Shown here piece after piece: positions 50,744 through 59,966 of a stretch of DNA of 64,000 nt. Source of the DNA: Puniceicoccaceae bacterium (GTDB lineage: Bacteria; Verrucomicrobiota; Verrucomicrobiia; Opitutales; Oceanipulchritudinaceae); NCBI GenBank assembly GCA_040830765.1, contig JBFOMH010000005.1, positions 320,001 through 384,000 on the forward strand, written 5' to 3'. The position numbers and the translations under genes are program-made. A model generated the notes under the pieces. The model worked only from the letters and a program-made list of their open reading frames with translations. It searched no databases and was not told the DNA's origin. The first letter of the stretch is position 1; each line of letters begins with the position of its first letter.

Positions 50744-51853
50744 TTATTTCAGCAAATACATCCAGCTGCCAACCGGTTCGACTCCGCTCTCCGGCAGGTA
50801 CATCCAGATGTTGGCATCCAGCGAGTAGACAAAGGGTGCGTTGGTGACTTCAATCCAACCAATCCATCCCGCAGTGTCCACGTAGCGGAAGTCCCAGACA
50901 TCATACCCGGCCCATGACCCGGTCACCGTTCCTTGACCATCCGATTGCACGGCCTCGGGGAACCAGTCCGTCTGCATGAGACGGGCCGTTCCCAACTGAT
51001 GGTACGGTGTGTCTTCATTCCCGACTTCATTGGTGTAGCTGGACTCGTCTTTGTTTTCGTAATTCTCCACGACAAAGAAATCCGGCAACGCATTGTTATC
51101 GCGCAGCACTTGGACAAACCGCTCCGTATCATTCGGATAGCCGGTGCCGGATGAGTTGGGGGAAACAATGATCCCGACCCGATGTCCCCGGTCCTTGGCC
51201 CACTTCACCGCATCGAGGATCCAGTCATGGTACTTGCGGATGGCCGGATTGGAGTTGTTCATCCGCCGCCAGTAGACAGTCGGGGGAATGTCGATCGTCA
51301 TCCCCCCGGAAATTTCAATCACTTGCTGAAAATCAGTCCGGTCGGAGACGTAGTTGTTTTCCAATGTTGTCCAGTAATCCGGCATATTCTGGTACTCGAA
51401 GGTGGCATAGACGGCTGTCTCCGCTGAAATGCCAAGGTCACGGTAGGCCTGGACGGTCTTGCGCCAGTCCTCGACCCCCACCACTCGCGCACTGGAGTAG
51501 GCATTCACCGTAATGTAGGCCGGCCGGATGCCGCGGTTGTGGTAACGGGTCCGGTAGGCGTTTTGCCGGGATGTGTAGTTGTTGGTACTGTGCCCCATCT
51601 CAATGCCCCACTTGTGATCCTTCCAGAGCTCGATGATGCCCAGCTTTTCGGCCTCCGTGGTACGCTGATCCCAGCCCACACTGTGGATGTAGACATGTCC
51701 GCCATCGGCGCGATACATCGTCGAGTTCTCCGCCACTGCCAGCTGGCCGCAGCCAGAGACTCCTCCGACGTAGATCTCTTCCTGAGCGTTAGCACTCATT
51801 GCCGCCATCATACATCCGCAGACCGCAATTTTTAGTTGGGTTGGGGTAACCAT
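50744..51853 (-). CDS. Secreted hypothetical protein (possibly TIM-barrel hydrolase-like) with Trp-rich C-terminal domain
   Basis: Signal-like N-terminus (AAMSANA|QEE); C-terminal VDTAGWIGWIEV..PFVYSL..WMYLPE..GSWMYL. Confidence 0.7.
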   Translation of the reverse strand: MVTPTQLKIAVCGCMMAAMSANAQEEIYVGGVSGCGQLAVAENSTMYRADGGHVYIHSVGWDQRTTEAEKLGIIELWKDHKWGIEMGHSTNNYTSRQNAYRTRYHNRGIRPAYITVNAYSSARVVGVEDWRKTVQAYRDLGISAETAVYATFEYQNMPDYWTTLENNYVSDRTDFQQVIEISGGMTIDIPPTVYWRRMNNSNPAIRKYHDWILDAVKWAKDRGHRVGIIVSPNSSGTGYPNDTERFVQVLRDNNALPDFFVVENYENKDESSYTNEVGNEDTPYHQLGTARLMQTDWFPEAVQSDGQGTVTGSWAGYDVWDFRYVDTAGWIGWIEVTNAPFVYSLDANIWMYLPESGVEPVGSWMYLLK

Positions 51854-52054
51854 TCCACAGTCTTTTAGATCCCCTCCATGTCCCTTCAACCATCCCTTCT
51901 TCATACTGTATGATTCCGCGCTAACTCTCCTCCTCTCCGTAATCCCCACCTTTTTAATAATTATTAATTGATTTCTGCGAGAATTTCCGGAGAGTCGGGA
52001 GGATCCTCCGGCAATCCGGTCACCTCAAGCCCATCCAGACCCAACTATCCAATC

Positions 52055-53995
52055 ATGTCTCATCCAGACCTCCTCCAACGCCTCAATGCCCTTGTAGAAA
52101 CCCCCTTTGGGGACCTTGAGGCCTGTCTTGAGCACTACCGGAAGCATTTCCCGAAGCGTGTAGGCAAATACCACCAGGAAGAGGTGGGCCCGATATACCA
52201 CCATGACTTGCCCGGGGAAGCGGACCGCTTTGTGGCCAAGGAGTTTCATCTCGGGGAAGGGACGCTGGACATGTCGGACGGGCTTGACTGGTACGCCACG
52301 GCGACCGGCGACCTTGAGTGGAACGGGGGTCTGGTGCGCCATGGTTACTTCATGCTCTTGGCGGCGGAATACGAGCGGACAGGCAAGGAGATCTATGCCG
52401 AGACGATTCTGGAGCACATGCTGCACTACATCGAGCATGTGCCGGTGTTTGATCCTGCCGGAAAGCCCTACCTGGAGTACAAGAAATCGACTTGGCGACC
52501 ATTTGAAGCGGCTGGACGGGCGGCGGAGACCTGGCCGGAAGCACTGGCCAAAATCATTAACAGCCCGGCGATGACGCCGGAGGCCTGGGCGAAGATTCTC
52601 ATTTCGGTCCACGAGCATGCAGTCTTTCTGCGGAAGGAACATTGGCAGACCGGCAATCATGCGACGCTGGAAGTAGCGGCTGTGGGGATCATCGCCTGTT
52701 TTTTCCAGGAGTTTCGGGAACGGGATACCTGGCTGGCCTATGCGGTTGAATTCCTCGACGGCATGTGGACGGATCTGTTTGCCGAGGATGGATACTCGAG
52801 GGAGATGTCGGGCAGCTATCACTGGGTGGCCATGCGGAGCTACTTCTCCTTTTATGAAGTGGCCTGTGCCAACGGTTTCGAACACCTCTTTCCGCCCCAT
52901 TACCGGGAGCGTCTTGTCCAGAACAGCTATGCGGAGCTTTACCAGGACAAGCCCGACCAGTCCACGCCGATCAGCAACGATTCCAGTTCAACGATTAACC
53001 GCCGAGAACAACTGGAGCGCATGCACCGGTTGCTCGACCTTCCGGAAATCAGTAATTTCCTCAATGGCGGCACGGAGCTCAGCAACCCACCGGTTACCTC
53101 CTATTTCTACCCCCATTCACGCGTGGGAATCATGCGCAGCGACTGGACCCCGCAGGCCAACTACCTTTATTTCGACATGGGTCCATGGGGCGACAACCAC
53201 ATGAACCAGGACCAGCTCTCTGTCGAGGTCTCCGCCAAGGGTCGTCACTTTCTCATCAACGGGGGTAAGTGGCGTTACACCACCTCTGATCCGGATGCCG
53301 AGTGGATGCCATTGGCCAAGTACTTCAAGGCCACGGAGTCCTATAACTGTGTCCTCGTTAACGGATACGGCCAGACTTTCGGTGATGCCGAGGGGCGCAT
53401 GGTCACCACTCCCGAACACGACTATGCCGACGGGATCTTCAGTGCCGGGTTCGGCGAAGAGGTTCCTGGCCGGGATGAAAAGCTCTTCCGGGAACGCGGC
53501 CTCTCCACCTTAATGGAAAACCGCCTTCCCGGCGTAACCCACAGCAGGCAGGTCTTCTTTGCCAAGCCGCATGGCTGGATCATCCGCGACACCATTGAAG
53601 GCCCGGGCATTACACATGCTGACCAACTCTGGCATTTCTTTGAAGGCCCCCTCAAGGCCCTGAATGGGGAACGAACCGCTTGGGCGACGGATTTTCCCGA
53701 CAGCAACCTGGTCATTATCTCGCAAGGCCAGTCCGCCCTCTACGAAGGGCAGCGAGAACCGTTCATCGCCGGGTGGCATTGCCCCTACTATGACCAGTTG
53801 CGTCCTGCCCCGGAACTGCGTTTCACCCAGGAAAGTACCCATAAAATCGTGTTCCATACCCTGCTCCTGCCAATTGAGGGACCGGTTACAGCCATTCCCA
53901 AATTTTCGTGTTCGGAAGATCACTACAGAGTGGAGTACCAGAACCTCCGCTTGCAAATCAAGACACCTTCAGGCTCCGACTGGTCTATTGGTTAA
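52055..53995 (+). CDS. Heparinase II/III-family polysaccharide lyase
   Basis: GNHATLE, DGYSREMSGSYH, IMRSDW, HMNQDQLS, YNCVLVNG; no signal peptide. Confidence 0.85.
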   Translation: MSHPDLLQRLNALVETPFGDLEACLEHYRKHFPKRVGKYHQEEVGPIYHHDLPGEADRFVAKEFHLGEGTLDMSDGLDWYATATGDLEWNGGLVRHGYFMLLAAEYERTGKEIYAETILEHMLHYIEHVPVFDPAGKPYLEYKKSTWRPFEAAGRAAETWPEALAKIINSPAMTPEAWAKILISVHEHAVFLRKEHWQTGNHATLEVAAVGIIACFFQEFRERDTWLAYAVEFLDGMWTDLFAEDGYSREMSGSYHWVAMRSYFSFYEVACANGFEHLFPPHYRERLVQNSYAELYQDKPDQSTPISNDSSSTINRREQLERMHRLLDLPEISNFLNGGTELSNPPVTSYFYPHSRVGIMRSDWTPQANYLYFDMGPWGDNHMNQDQLSVEVSAKGRHFLINGGKWRYTTSDPDAEWMPLAKYFKATESYNCVLVNGYGQTFGDAEGRMVTTPEHDYADGIFSAGFGEEVPGRDEKLFRERGLSTLMENRLPGVTHSRQVFFAKPHGWIIRDTIEGPGITHADQLWHFFEGPLKALNGERTAWATDFPDSNLVIISQGQSALYEGQREPFIAGWHCPYYDQLRPAPELRFTQESTHKIVFHTLLLPIEGPVTAIPKFSCSEDHYRVEYQNLRLQIKTPSGSDWSIG

Positions 53996-54035
53996 TCCGT
54001 AAATCCGACATACCCTTTCACTTCAATTCAAGCCC

Positions 54036-57000
54036 ATGTATCAAACAATCGATCTCTCAACCGACTGGAAAATCTTTCATCTCGACCTCGATGAGGGACT
54101 GCTCGGCAATGCCGGTCGCGCCTACCAACATGATTACGCCCCTTCGGATTGCGTCACTGCAGATGTTCCCATAACCGCGCCGGCAGCCTGGTTGGCAGAT
54201 GGACGCATAGGCGATCCCTACGTGGACATGAACAGCCGCGAAAACTTGTGGATGGAACAAAAGGAGTGGTGGTACCTGAAGGACTTTGATCTGCCCCGCA
54301 CCGACGGTTGCTATCGACTCAACTTCGAGGGGATCAATTACCGGGCCGAGGCCTGGCTCAATGATGTCCAGATTGGCGTCTGGGAGGGCAGTTTCCTGAA
54401 GAAATCGATCGACCTCGATCCCGAGCTCATCAAATCCACCGGCAACCGCCTGGCTGTTCGCGTCCGTGCCCAGGAGCGGGCCTGGGAGGACGGCACTCAA
54501 CCGGATCCCCGCGGCTTCCAGAACAGTTCCGCCCACATTCGGACCCAACGCCCTACTCCACAGTATGCCTACGGCTGGAACTGGTCGCCCCACTTGATTG
54601 CGGTGGGCATCTGGCGCCCGGTCACCCTCGAGTGGATGGAAACGGCCCGCTTTTCGGATACGCGGATACATTCCGATGTATCCGATGACCTCAAGACAGG
54701 GACAATCCGTTTTACGGGAGCCGTGGAGGCTCTGGCAGAAGCCACCGATGGACTGTCGTTGGACATAGAAGTCACCCACCCCGGCGGATCCACCACGCAA
54801 AAGAAGGAAGCGATCTCCGGGAGCAGCATCGATACCCTTTTGGAAGTCCCCGATCCCGCCCTCTGGTTTCCCAATGGCTTCGGGGAACAACCGCTTTATA
54901 CATTCGTATTCCGTCTGGTCGCGAGCGACGGGGAGATCCTTGACGTTCGTCAACGACGACTCGGTTTCCGGCGAGTTGAATTCATTCCCAATACCAATGA
55001 CATCGCCGTCCAGGCTGAGAGCGGCCAGAGCAACCGCATGTGGTCGATTGTTGGCAATCCCTATCCATGGACCATGGTCGTTAACGGACTCCGGATCTTT
55101 TCCAAGGGGACCAACTGGTGCCCGGTCGACAACCTCTATCGGGACCGGGATGCTCACATAACGCGCCTCCTGGAGCTGGCCCGCGATGCCCACTATGTCT
55201 TCATCCGCGTCTGGGGCGGAGGGCTCACCGAGTCCGACCATTTTTATGACTGCTGTGACGAGATGGGCCTGCTCTGCCTGCAGGAATTCTGGTTTGCCTG
55301 CGGATCCGCACCGGCGATGGACTACGGCATCTTCTTGGAAAATGCCGAGAGCGAATTGATCCGCCTGCGCGAACGCACCTCCATCGCGATGTGGGGCGGC
55401 GGCAACGAGTTCAATCCTGACAATCACGAGAACCGGCCCATTATCAATTTGATTGCGGACCTTGTTGAAAAGGTAGATGGGACACGCGAGTTCCGGCGCG
55501 GCTCTCCCTACAAGGGCGACCGGCACGGGGGCCTTGTATCGACGCCCTACTACACGACGAACAAATACCGTGACCTTCTCCCGGGCCGCAAGCGCCTGGT
55601 CCTGCTCCGGAGCGAGTGCGCCGTCGGCCGGTCCCCCACCCGACCGGACCATATCCGGAAATTTGTCCCGGAAGACAAGCTGTGGCCAATCGACTGGGAA
55701 GTGTACCAGAACCACCACGCCCAGAGCCCGGAATGGGAGATGGTCTCCCAGCCATTCGGGCCCGCCAAGACATGGGAACAGGCGCTTCTCCACGCCTCCG
55801 TCTTCCATTGCATGGACAGCCGCATGAACATGGAATTTGCCCGTGCCAGCAAATACGAGAGTTCCGGTTGCTGGACCTGGCAGCTCAATGCCTCCTGGCC
55901 CTCCTTCCACCGCGAACACGTTGACTGGTACGGCGCCCCAAAGCCGGTCTACTACTGGTACAAGAATGCCTGCAAGCCGGTCATCACCCTCGCTGATTTC
56001 GAGCGTTTTGTCTATCATCCGGGCGAACCGCTCAATCCGGAGATCATCGCCGTCAACGATACGCACAGACCTGTTGCAACGGTTGTCGAAATGAAGGTTT
56101 ACTCCCTCGACGGATCCTTGCTTCATGAAGCAACTCAGTCAGTGACCATACCTGCCGATGACCGCACCTCCCTGGGTCAGATGGATTACACCATTCCGGT
56201 GAATCTCACACGCAAAGCCCTTTACCTCTCGCTTACCACCAGCGTGGACGGGGCAGTCGTCCACCGGAACACTTACTACATCGCAATCTCCCCCGACACC
56301 GTGCAGGCAACTGCAATCGAACTGGGAACCGACATGACTCTGCACTACATGGGCAAGACGGAAAAAGTCAGTGCTCCTCATTACTATACCTTGATGGAAA
56401 TAGTCGATGAACCAACGGAGCACGACAAGGAGCAGAAGCAGGCTTCCGCCAGTGAACTGGATGCTGTCTACAGCACGCGTTTTGCTGTACCGGACCACCT
56501 CTCCGGTAAGGACTTGGAAATCTTCCTGCCCGGCCCATCTGCGGATGACGTGGTCAAGTTGAACGGGACGGTCATCGGCGAAGGTCTCATTGACCTCGAA
56601 AATGAATGGAACTACGAGGCCGATCCGCTGCGTTGGCCAAATCTTCCCAACCGGCACTACCCGATCCCGACTTCCCTCCTCAAGGCCGAAGACAACGTTT
56701 TGGAGATCCAGCTCAGCGGCCAGCGCATTGCCTCCCGGACAGACAAGCGCTTCGGGCTCACCCGCATGTTCTACTTACGCGAAGCGACACCTGTCGACCA
56801 GCAGACAGAGCTCGCCGAATACAACCAGCAAATGGAATTCTTCAGGCCCATTGTCGAGGGACCCCGGGCACACCTGGGAGCGGAAGTCCTGGCAGATGCC
56901 TCCGGCGATGGCATATCCCTCCGGATCACCAATTCAGGCCCCGCCAGTGCCGCCTTCCTTACCCTGGACCTGACCAACGAGGGGGCAACCCGCTTCACCT

Positions 57001-57140
57001 TTGATGAAGGAGCACCCGCTGCCCTGCATCCAGATGAAAGTATTGAGGTGTCCCTGGACGTCGAAGGCGAGCTATCTCCCAATGCCGCCCTGGCCATTCG
57101 CTGCCTCAATGCGGATGCTTTGAATGTTCCAATTCCCTAA
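54036..57140 (+). CDS. GH2 glycoside hydrolase, beta-mannosidase-like
   Basis: FEGINY..WLN, YGWNWSP..GIWRPV, LWFPNGFGEQPLY, KGTNW, IRVWGGG, WGGGNE. Confidence 0.88.
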   Translation: MYQTIDLSTDWKIFHLDLDEGLLGNAGRAYQHDYAPSDCVTADVPITAPAAWLADGRIGDPYVDMNSRENLWMEQKEWWYLKDFDLPRTDGCYRLNFEGINYRAEAWLNDVQIGVWEGSFLKKSIDLDPELIKSTGNRLAVRVRAQERAWEDGTQPDPRGFQNSSAHIRTQRPTPQYAYGWNWSPHLIAVGIWRPVTLEWMETARFSDTRIHSDVSDDLKTGTIRFTGAVEALAEATDGLSLDIEVTHPGGSTTQKKEAISGSSIDTLLEVPDPALWFPNGFGEQPLYTFVFRLVASDGEILDVRQRRLGFRRVEFIPNTNDIAVQAESGQSNRMWSIVGNPYPWTMVVNGLRIFSKGTNWCPVDNLYRDRDAHITRLLELARDAHYVFIRVWGGGLTESDHFYDCCDEMGLLCLQEFWFACGSAPAMDYGIFLENAESELIRLRERTSIAMWGGGNEFNPDNHENRPIINLIADLVEKVDGTREFRRGSPYKGDRHGGLVSTPYYTTNKYRDLLPGRKRLVLLRSECAVGRSPTRPDHIRKFVPEDKLWPIDWEVYQNHHAQSPEWEMVSQPFGPAKTWEQALLHASVFHCMDSRMNMEFARASKYESSGCWTWQLNASWPSFHREHVDWYGAPKPVYYWYKNACKPVITLADFERFVYHPGEPLNPEIIAVNDTHRPVATVVEMKVYSLDGSLLHEATQSVTIPADDRTSLGQMDYTIPVNLTRKALYLSLTTSVDGAVVHRNTYYIAISPDTVQATAIELGTDMTLHYMGKTEKVSAPHYYTLMEIVDEPTEHDKEQKQASASELDAVYSTRFAVPDHLSGKDLEIFLPGPSADDVVKLNGTVIGEGLIDLENEWNYEADPLRWPNLPNRHYPIPTSLLKAEDNVLEIQLSGQRIASRTDKRFGLTRMFYLREATPVDQQTELAEYNQQMEFFRPIVEGPRAHLGAEVLADASGDGISLRITNSGPASAAFLTLDLTNEGATRFTFDEGAPAALHPDESIEVSLDVEGELSPNAALAIRCLNADALNVPIP

Positions 57141-57211
57141 AAAGCGCCGGACCTGCTTGCGCCATCGAAAACTTATACTATCTATTAGAATAATTAAACA
57201 AGATTGCCATT

Positions 57212-57604
57212 ATGAAACTATTAAAACTCACATTCGCTGTTATTGGACTCGCCATCTTCACCTCATCCGCCGTCGCCGGAGACTATCCGGACTTGTCGGT
57301 TGATGAGCTCCACCAGGCCATTGAGGCCAATGAAGTGGTCGTCCTTGATGCCAACGGTTCCAAGCGCTACGCCAGTGGACACATTCCGGGTGCGATTGAC
57401 TTCGCCTCCACCAAGGATTTGTCGTCTGTCCTGCCGGAGGACAAGGGAACCCTCATTGTCGCCTACTGTGGCGGCCCGCGCTGCTCCGCCTTCAAGAAGG
57501 CTGCCAAGGCAGCCGAGAAACTGGGCTACACCAACGTCAAGCACCTCTCCGCCGGAATCAGTGGCTGGAAGGATGCCGGTAAGCCAGTGGAAAAGGTGAA
57601 CTAA
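57212..57604 (+). CDS. Exported single-domain rhodanese-like protein
   Basis: Signal peptide; GHIPGA, YCGGPRC, GISGW..AG. Confidence 0.88.
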   Translation: MKLLKLTFAVIGLAIFTSSAVAGDYPDLSVDELHQAIEANEVVVLDANGSKRYASGHIPGAIDFASTKDLSSVLPEDKGTLIVAYCGGPRCSAFKKAAKAAEKLGYTNVKHLSAGISGWKDAGKPVEKVN

Positions 57605-57628
57605 GCCACTGCATTATAGAATTGCCAG

Positions 57629-57662
57629 GCCCGCCTCCCTGAAAATGGGTGGCGGGCTTTTT
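57629..57662 (+). terminator. Rho-independent terminator
   Basis: GCCCGCC-TCCC..GGGT-GGCGGGC followed by TTTTT. Confidence 0.75.
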
Positions 57663-57721
57663 CATACCTGTAGACCCCAAATTAATTGATCCGGGATCAA
57701 TTCCGGCTATCGTGTGTTGAG

Positions 57722-58198
57722 GTGAAAGAATTCAAACCAGTCCCGGATATTGCCAGCTTGGACACAATGCTCTCCTCGGTGTCGTTCCTTGGTGGTATCA
57801 CGGGCGAGCAAAGGAAGTGTGTCTATGACTATCTAGAATGCGCTTCCTACCGGAAAGGCGAATACATCACCCAGCACGGGGAGGAGCCCTCCCACATCTA
57901 CATCATCAAGAGCGGGTCCGTGGATCTCATTATCGAGGATGAGGAGGTCACTGTCGTCAAGCGGACCTTCAGGGAAGGTGACTTCTTTGGCGAAGCGGCT
58001 ATGCTCTCGCTGATCAACAACACGGCATCCTTCCGGGCCGCCGAGGAAAGCGAGATAATCGTCTTTTCCAGAAAGGCCTTCAACCGCCTGCGCAAGGAAG
58101 ACCCCAATGTCTTCTCCCACCTCATTCTCAACCTGGCCCGTGAATTGGCCCGCAAGCTCCAGTTTTCGGATGAGATCCTGCTGCACCCGAAGCGCTGA
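57722..58198 (+). CDS. Stand-alone cyclic-nucleotide-binding domain protein
   Basis: GEYI..GE....YIIKSGSV..GDFFGEAA..ASFRA; no HTH; GTG start assumed. Confidence 0.85.
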   Translation: MKEFKPVPDIASLDTMLSSVSFLGGITGEQRKCVYDYLECASYRKGEYITQHGEEPSHIYIIKSGSVDLIIEDEEVTVVKRTFREGDFFGEAAMLSLINNTASFRAAEESEIIVFSRKAFNRLRKEDPNVFSHLILNLARELARKLQFSDEILLHPKR

Positions 58199-58245
58199 TC
58201 GGGGAAAGGATTCGAGGCTAATCGATCGCGTTTGCTTCCGAGCCT

Positions 58246-58986
58246 CTAGCCGCTCTTCTGGTCGTGCTCGACCTGCTCCAGGCTGGCTTCCCATTCCTGC
58301 AATTGCTGGGCCTTGTCGAAGAGGACGTTCTCGCTTTGTTCGATGAACGCCTCGCGCTCACGCAGGAAGGCCACCTGCTCCTCCAGGGAAAGATCCGTAA
58401 CGGCTTCATAGCCATCATCATCCTGCCCATCGGATTGGGCCGCGGCTTCCTTCAATTGCTCGATCTCAGCCCGGAGACTGGCAATCAGTTCCTCTTTCTC
58501 TGCCATCAACTGGCGGGCCTCCTGCAACTCCTGTTGGACAACGATAGGGGGCTGTGGCTTGTCCAGACCAAGGTGATGGGAAACATTTTCGGCCAACCGG
58601 GAGTTGATTTCAGTTTCCCGCTGGTCGAGTTGCTTTTCCCGGGTCTCAAGAAGGACTTCCAGTTCCCGTGCTGCCCGGATCCGCTCTAGGGATTCTTCCT
58701 TGAGCCGGGCAATCTTGTCCGTTTCAGCAATGATTTCCGCCTCACCGGGTTCTTCCCCCATGAAGCAGTCAATCTGTGTCGGATCGGCATCCTCAACAGC
58801 ATTGACCTTTGTCGGGTCAGTCCGCTTCAGAATGGTGTCGATTGATGGTCGGGGTAAACTGATCCGCTTCCGTTTCTTGCGCTGTTCGAGTCCTTTGCGC
58901 GGATCCGGAAAGGTCCGGGGGTCCGGAAATTTCCTTGGATCGGGAAAGTTTACCACTTCGGGAATCTGCTCTGGAGCCGCACTCAT
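58246..58986 (-). CDS. Coiled-coil protein with N-terminal (FPDPRx)3 repeat
   Basis: FPDPRKFPDPRTFPDPRK; E/Q/R/L heptad-rich segments. Confidence 0.8.
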   Translation of the reverse strand: MSAAPEQIPEVVNFPDPRKFPDPRTFPDPRKGLEQRKKRKRISLPRPSIDTILKRTDPTKVNAVEDADPTQIDCFMGEEPGEAEIIAETDKIARLKEESLERIRAARELEVLLETREKQLDQRETEINSRLAENVSHHLGLDKPQPPIVVQQELQEARQLMAEKEELIASLRAEIEQLKEAAAQSDGQDDDGYEAVTDLSLEEQVAFLREREAFIEQSENVLFDKAQQLQEWEASLEQVEHDQKSG

Positions 58987-59005
58987 CTCGATGCCTCCCG
59001 GTTGA

Positions 59006-59962
59006 TTAGTTCAAAAAGCTGCCCATGAAACCCTTGAAACGGGGCTTGCCGGGCAGGGCCGCCAGGGCAACAGCAAGGGCCAAGGCTTCCAGTTCCGGGT
59101 CGTCAAGGGAAACAAAAAAGCGCACACTGGAATTGAGGCCGGATTCAATGGCTGCCCGCAGTTCCTGGGCCTGGTCCGGCATCTGCTCAAATCCCTTCAG
59201 CACCTTTTCCTTGACCTGGTTGATGAGTGAAAGCGCTCCCGCCTTTGGCAAAACGTAACTGTCTCCCCATGCCTCCTTGTTACACTTGACGTTGAAAGCG
59301 TAAATGAGGGTGGCGGCCTGCTGATCCGTCAGCTTGCTGGCCATGTGTCCAATCGCCTCGGCAAGGAAAATCCCCTTCGAGCCGTCCCGGATTGGCAGAA
59401 GCTTGCTCAGGGCGACCTGGTCGAAGTTGTTATAGGCCCGCATGAGCTCCCGGTATTCCTCATTGAGAGTGGTCGCGGTCTTGCTCTTTTCAAGGAAGGC
59501 AATCAGTTCGCTGATGGTGTTGTGCTTTCCCTGGCGGCAGGAATCGAGGGTTTCCCGTGAGAATGTCATCAACTCGACCGGCATATCGACCGGTACTTCC
59601 AACAGCTCCAAGGGAGTCTTCGGTTTCTGAACCTCATCGCTGTAGTCATCGAACAACTGGACCATCTCCGCGTAGGGATCATCAAACTGCTTGGTCTCCA
59701 AGAGGATGTTATAGAGCAACGGCAAACGACTGTCCTTGCCATAGAATTCCGGAAGCTGCTTCAAGGCTTCGAGGGAATAGTCAAGATAGCGTGCCGGAGT
59801 TTCTTCCTCACCCCGGATTGGCCACTTGCGGTCAAGGTTCTTGGCCAGGGTGCAGAGATTGATATCTGCCATTTCGCTGTCCTTGAGACTTTCGCGCAAG
59901 GCGTCCCATTCCTCGGCGGTGAAGGTTAACTGAACTGGGTATGCTGTGTTTTGCTGCTTCAT
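59006..59962 (-). CDS. Hypothetical protein, possible RNAP alpha-CTD-like module
   Basis: Clean ORF in an operon; MPVELMTFSRETLDSCRQGKHNTISELI. Confidence 0.75.
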   Translation of the reverse strand: MKQQNTAYPVQLTFTAEEWDALRESLKDSEMADINLCTLAKNLDRKWPIRGEEETPARYLDYSLEALKQLPEFYGKDSRLPLLYNILLETKQFDDPYAEMVQLFDDYSDEVQKPKTPLELLEVPVDMPVELMTFSRETLDSCRQGKHNTISELIAFLEKSKTATTLNEEYRELMRAYNNFDQVALSKLLPIRDGSKGIFLAEAIGHMASKLTDQQAATLIYAFNVKCNKEAWGDSYVLPKAGALSLINQVKEKVLKGFEQMPDQAQELRAAIESGLNSSVRFFVSLDDPELEALALAVALAALPGKPRFKGFMGSFLN

Positions 59963-59966
59963 GTTT

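Noticed and set aside
54057..56126. Long antisense ORFs (689 aa here; also 14245-15582, 18664-20277, 28752-30425, 3955-5031)
   Set aside because: Typical stop-poor mirror frames of GC-rich genes, without recognisable motifs.
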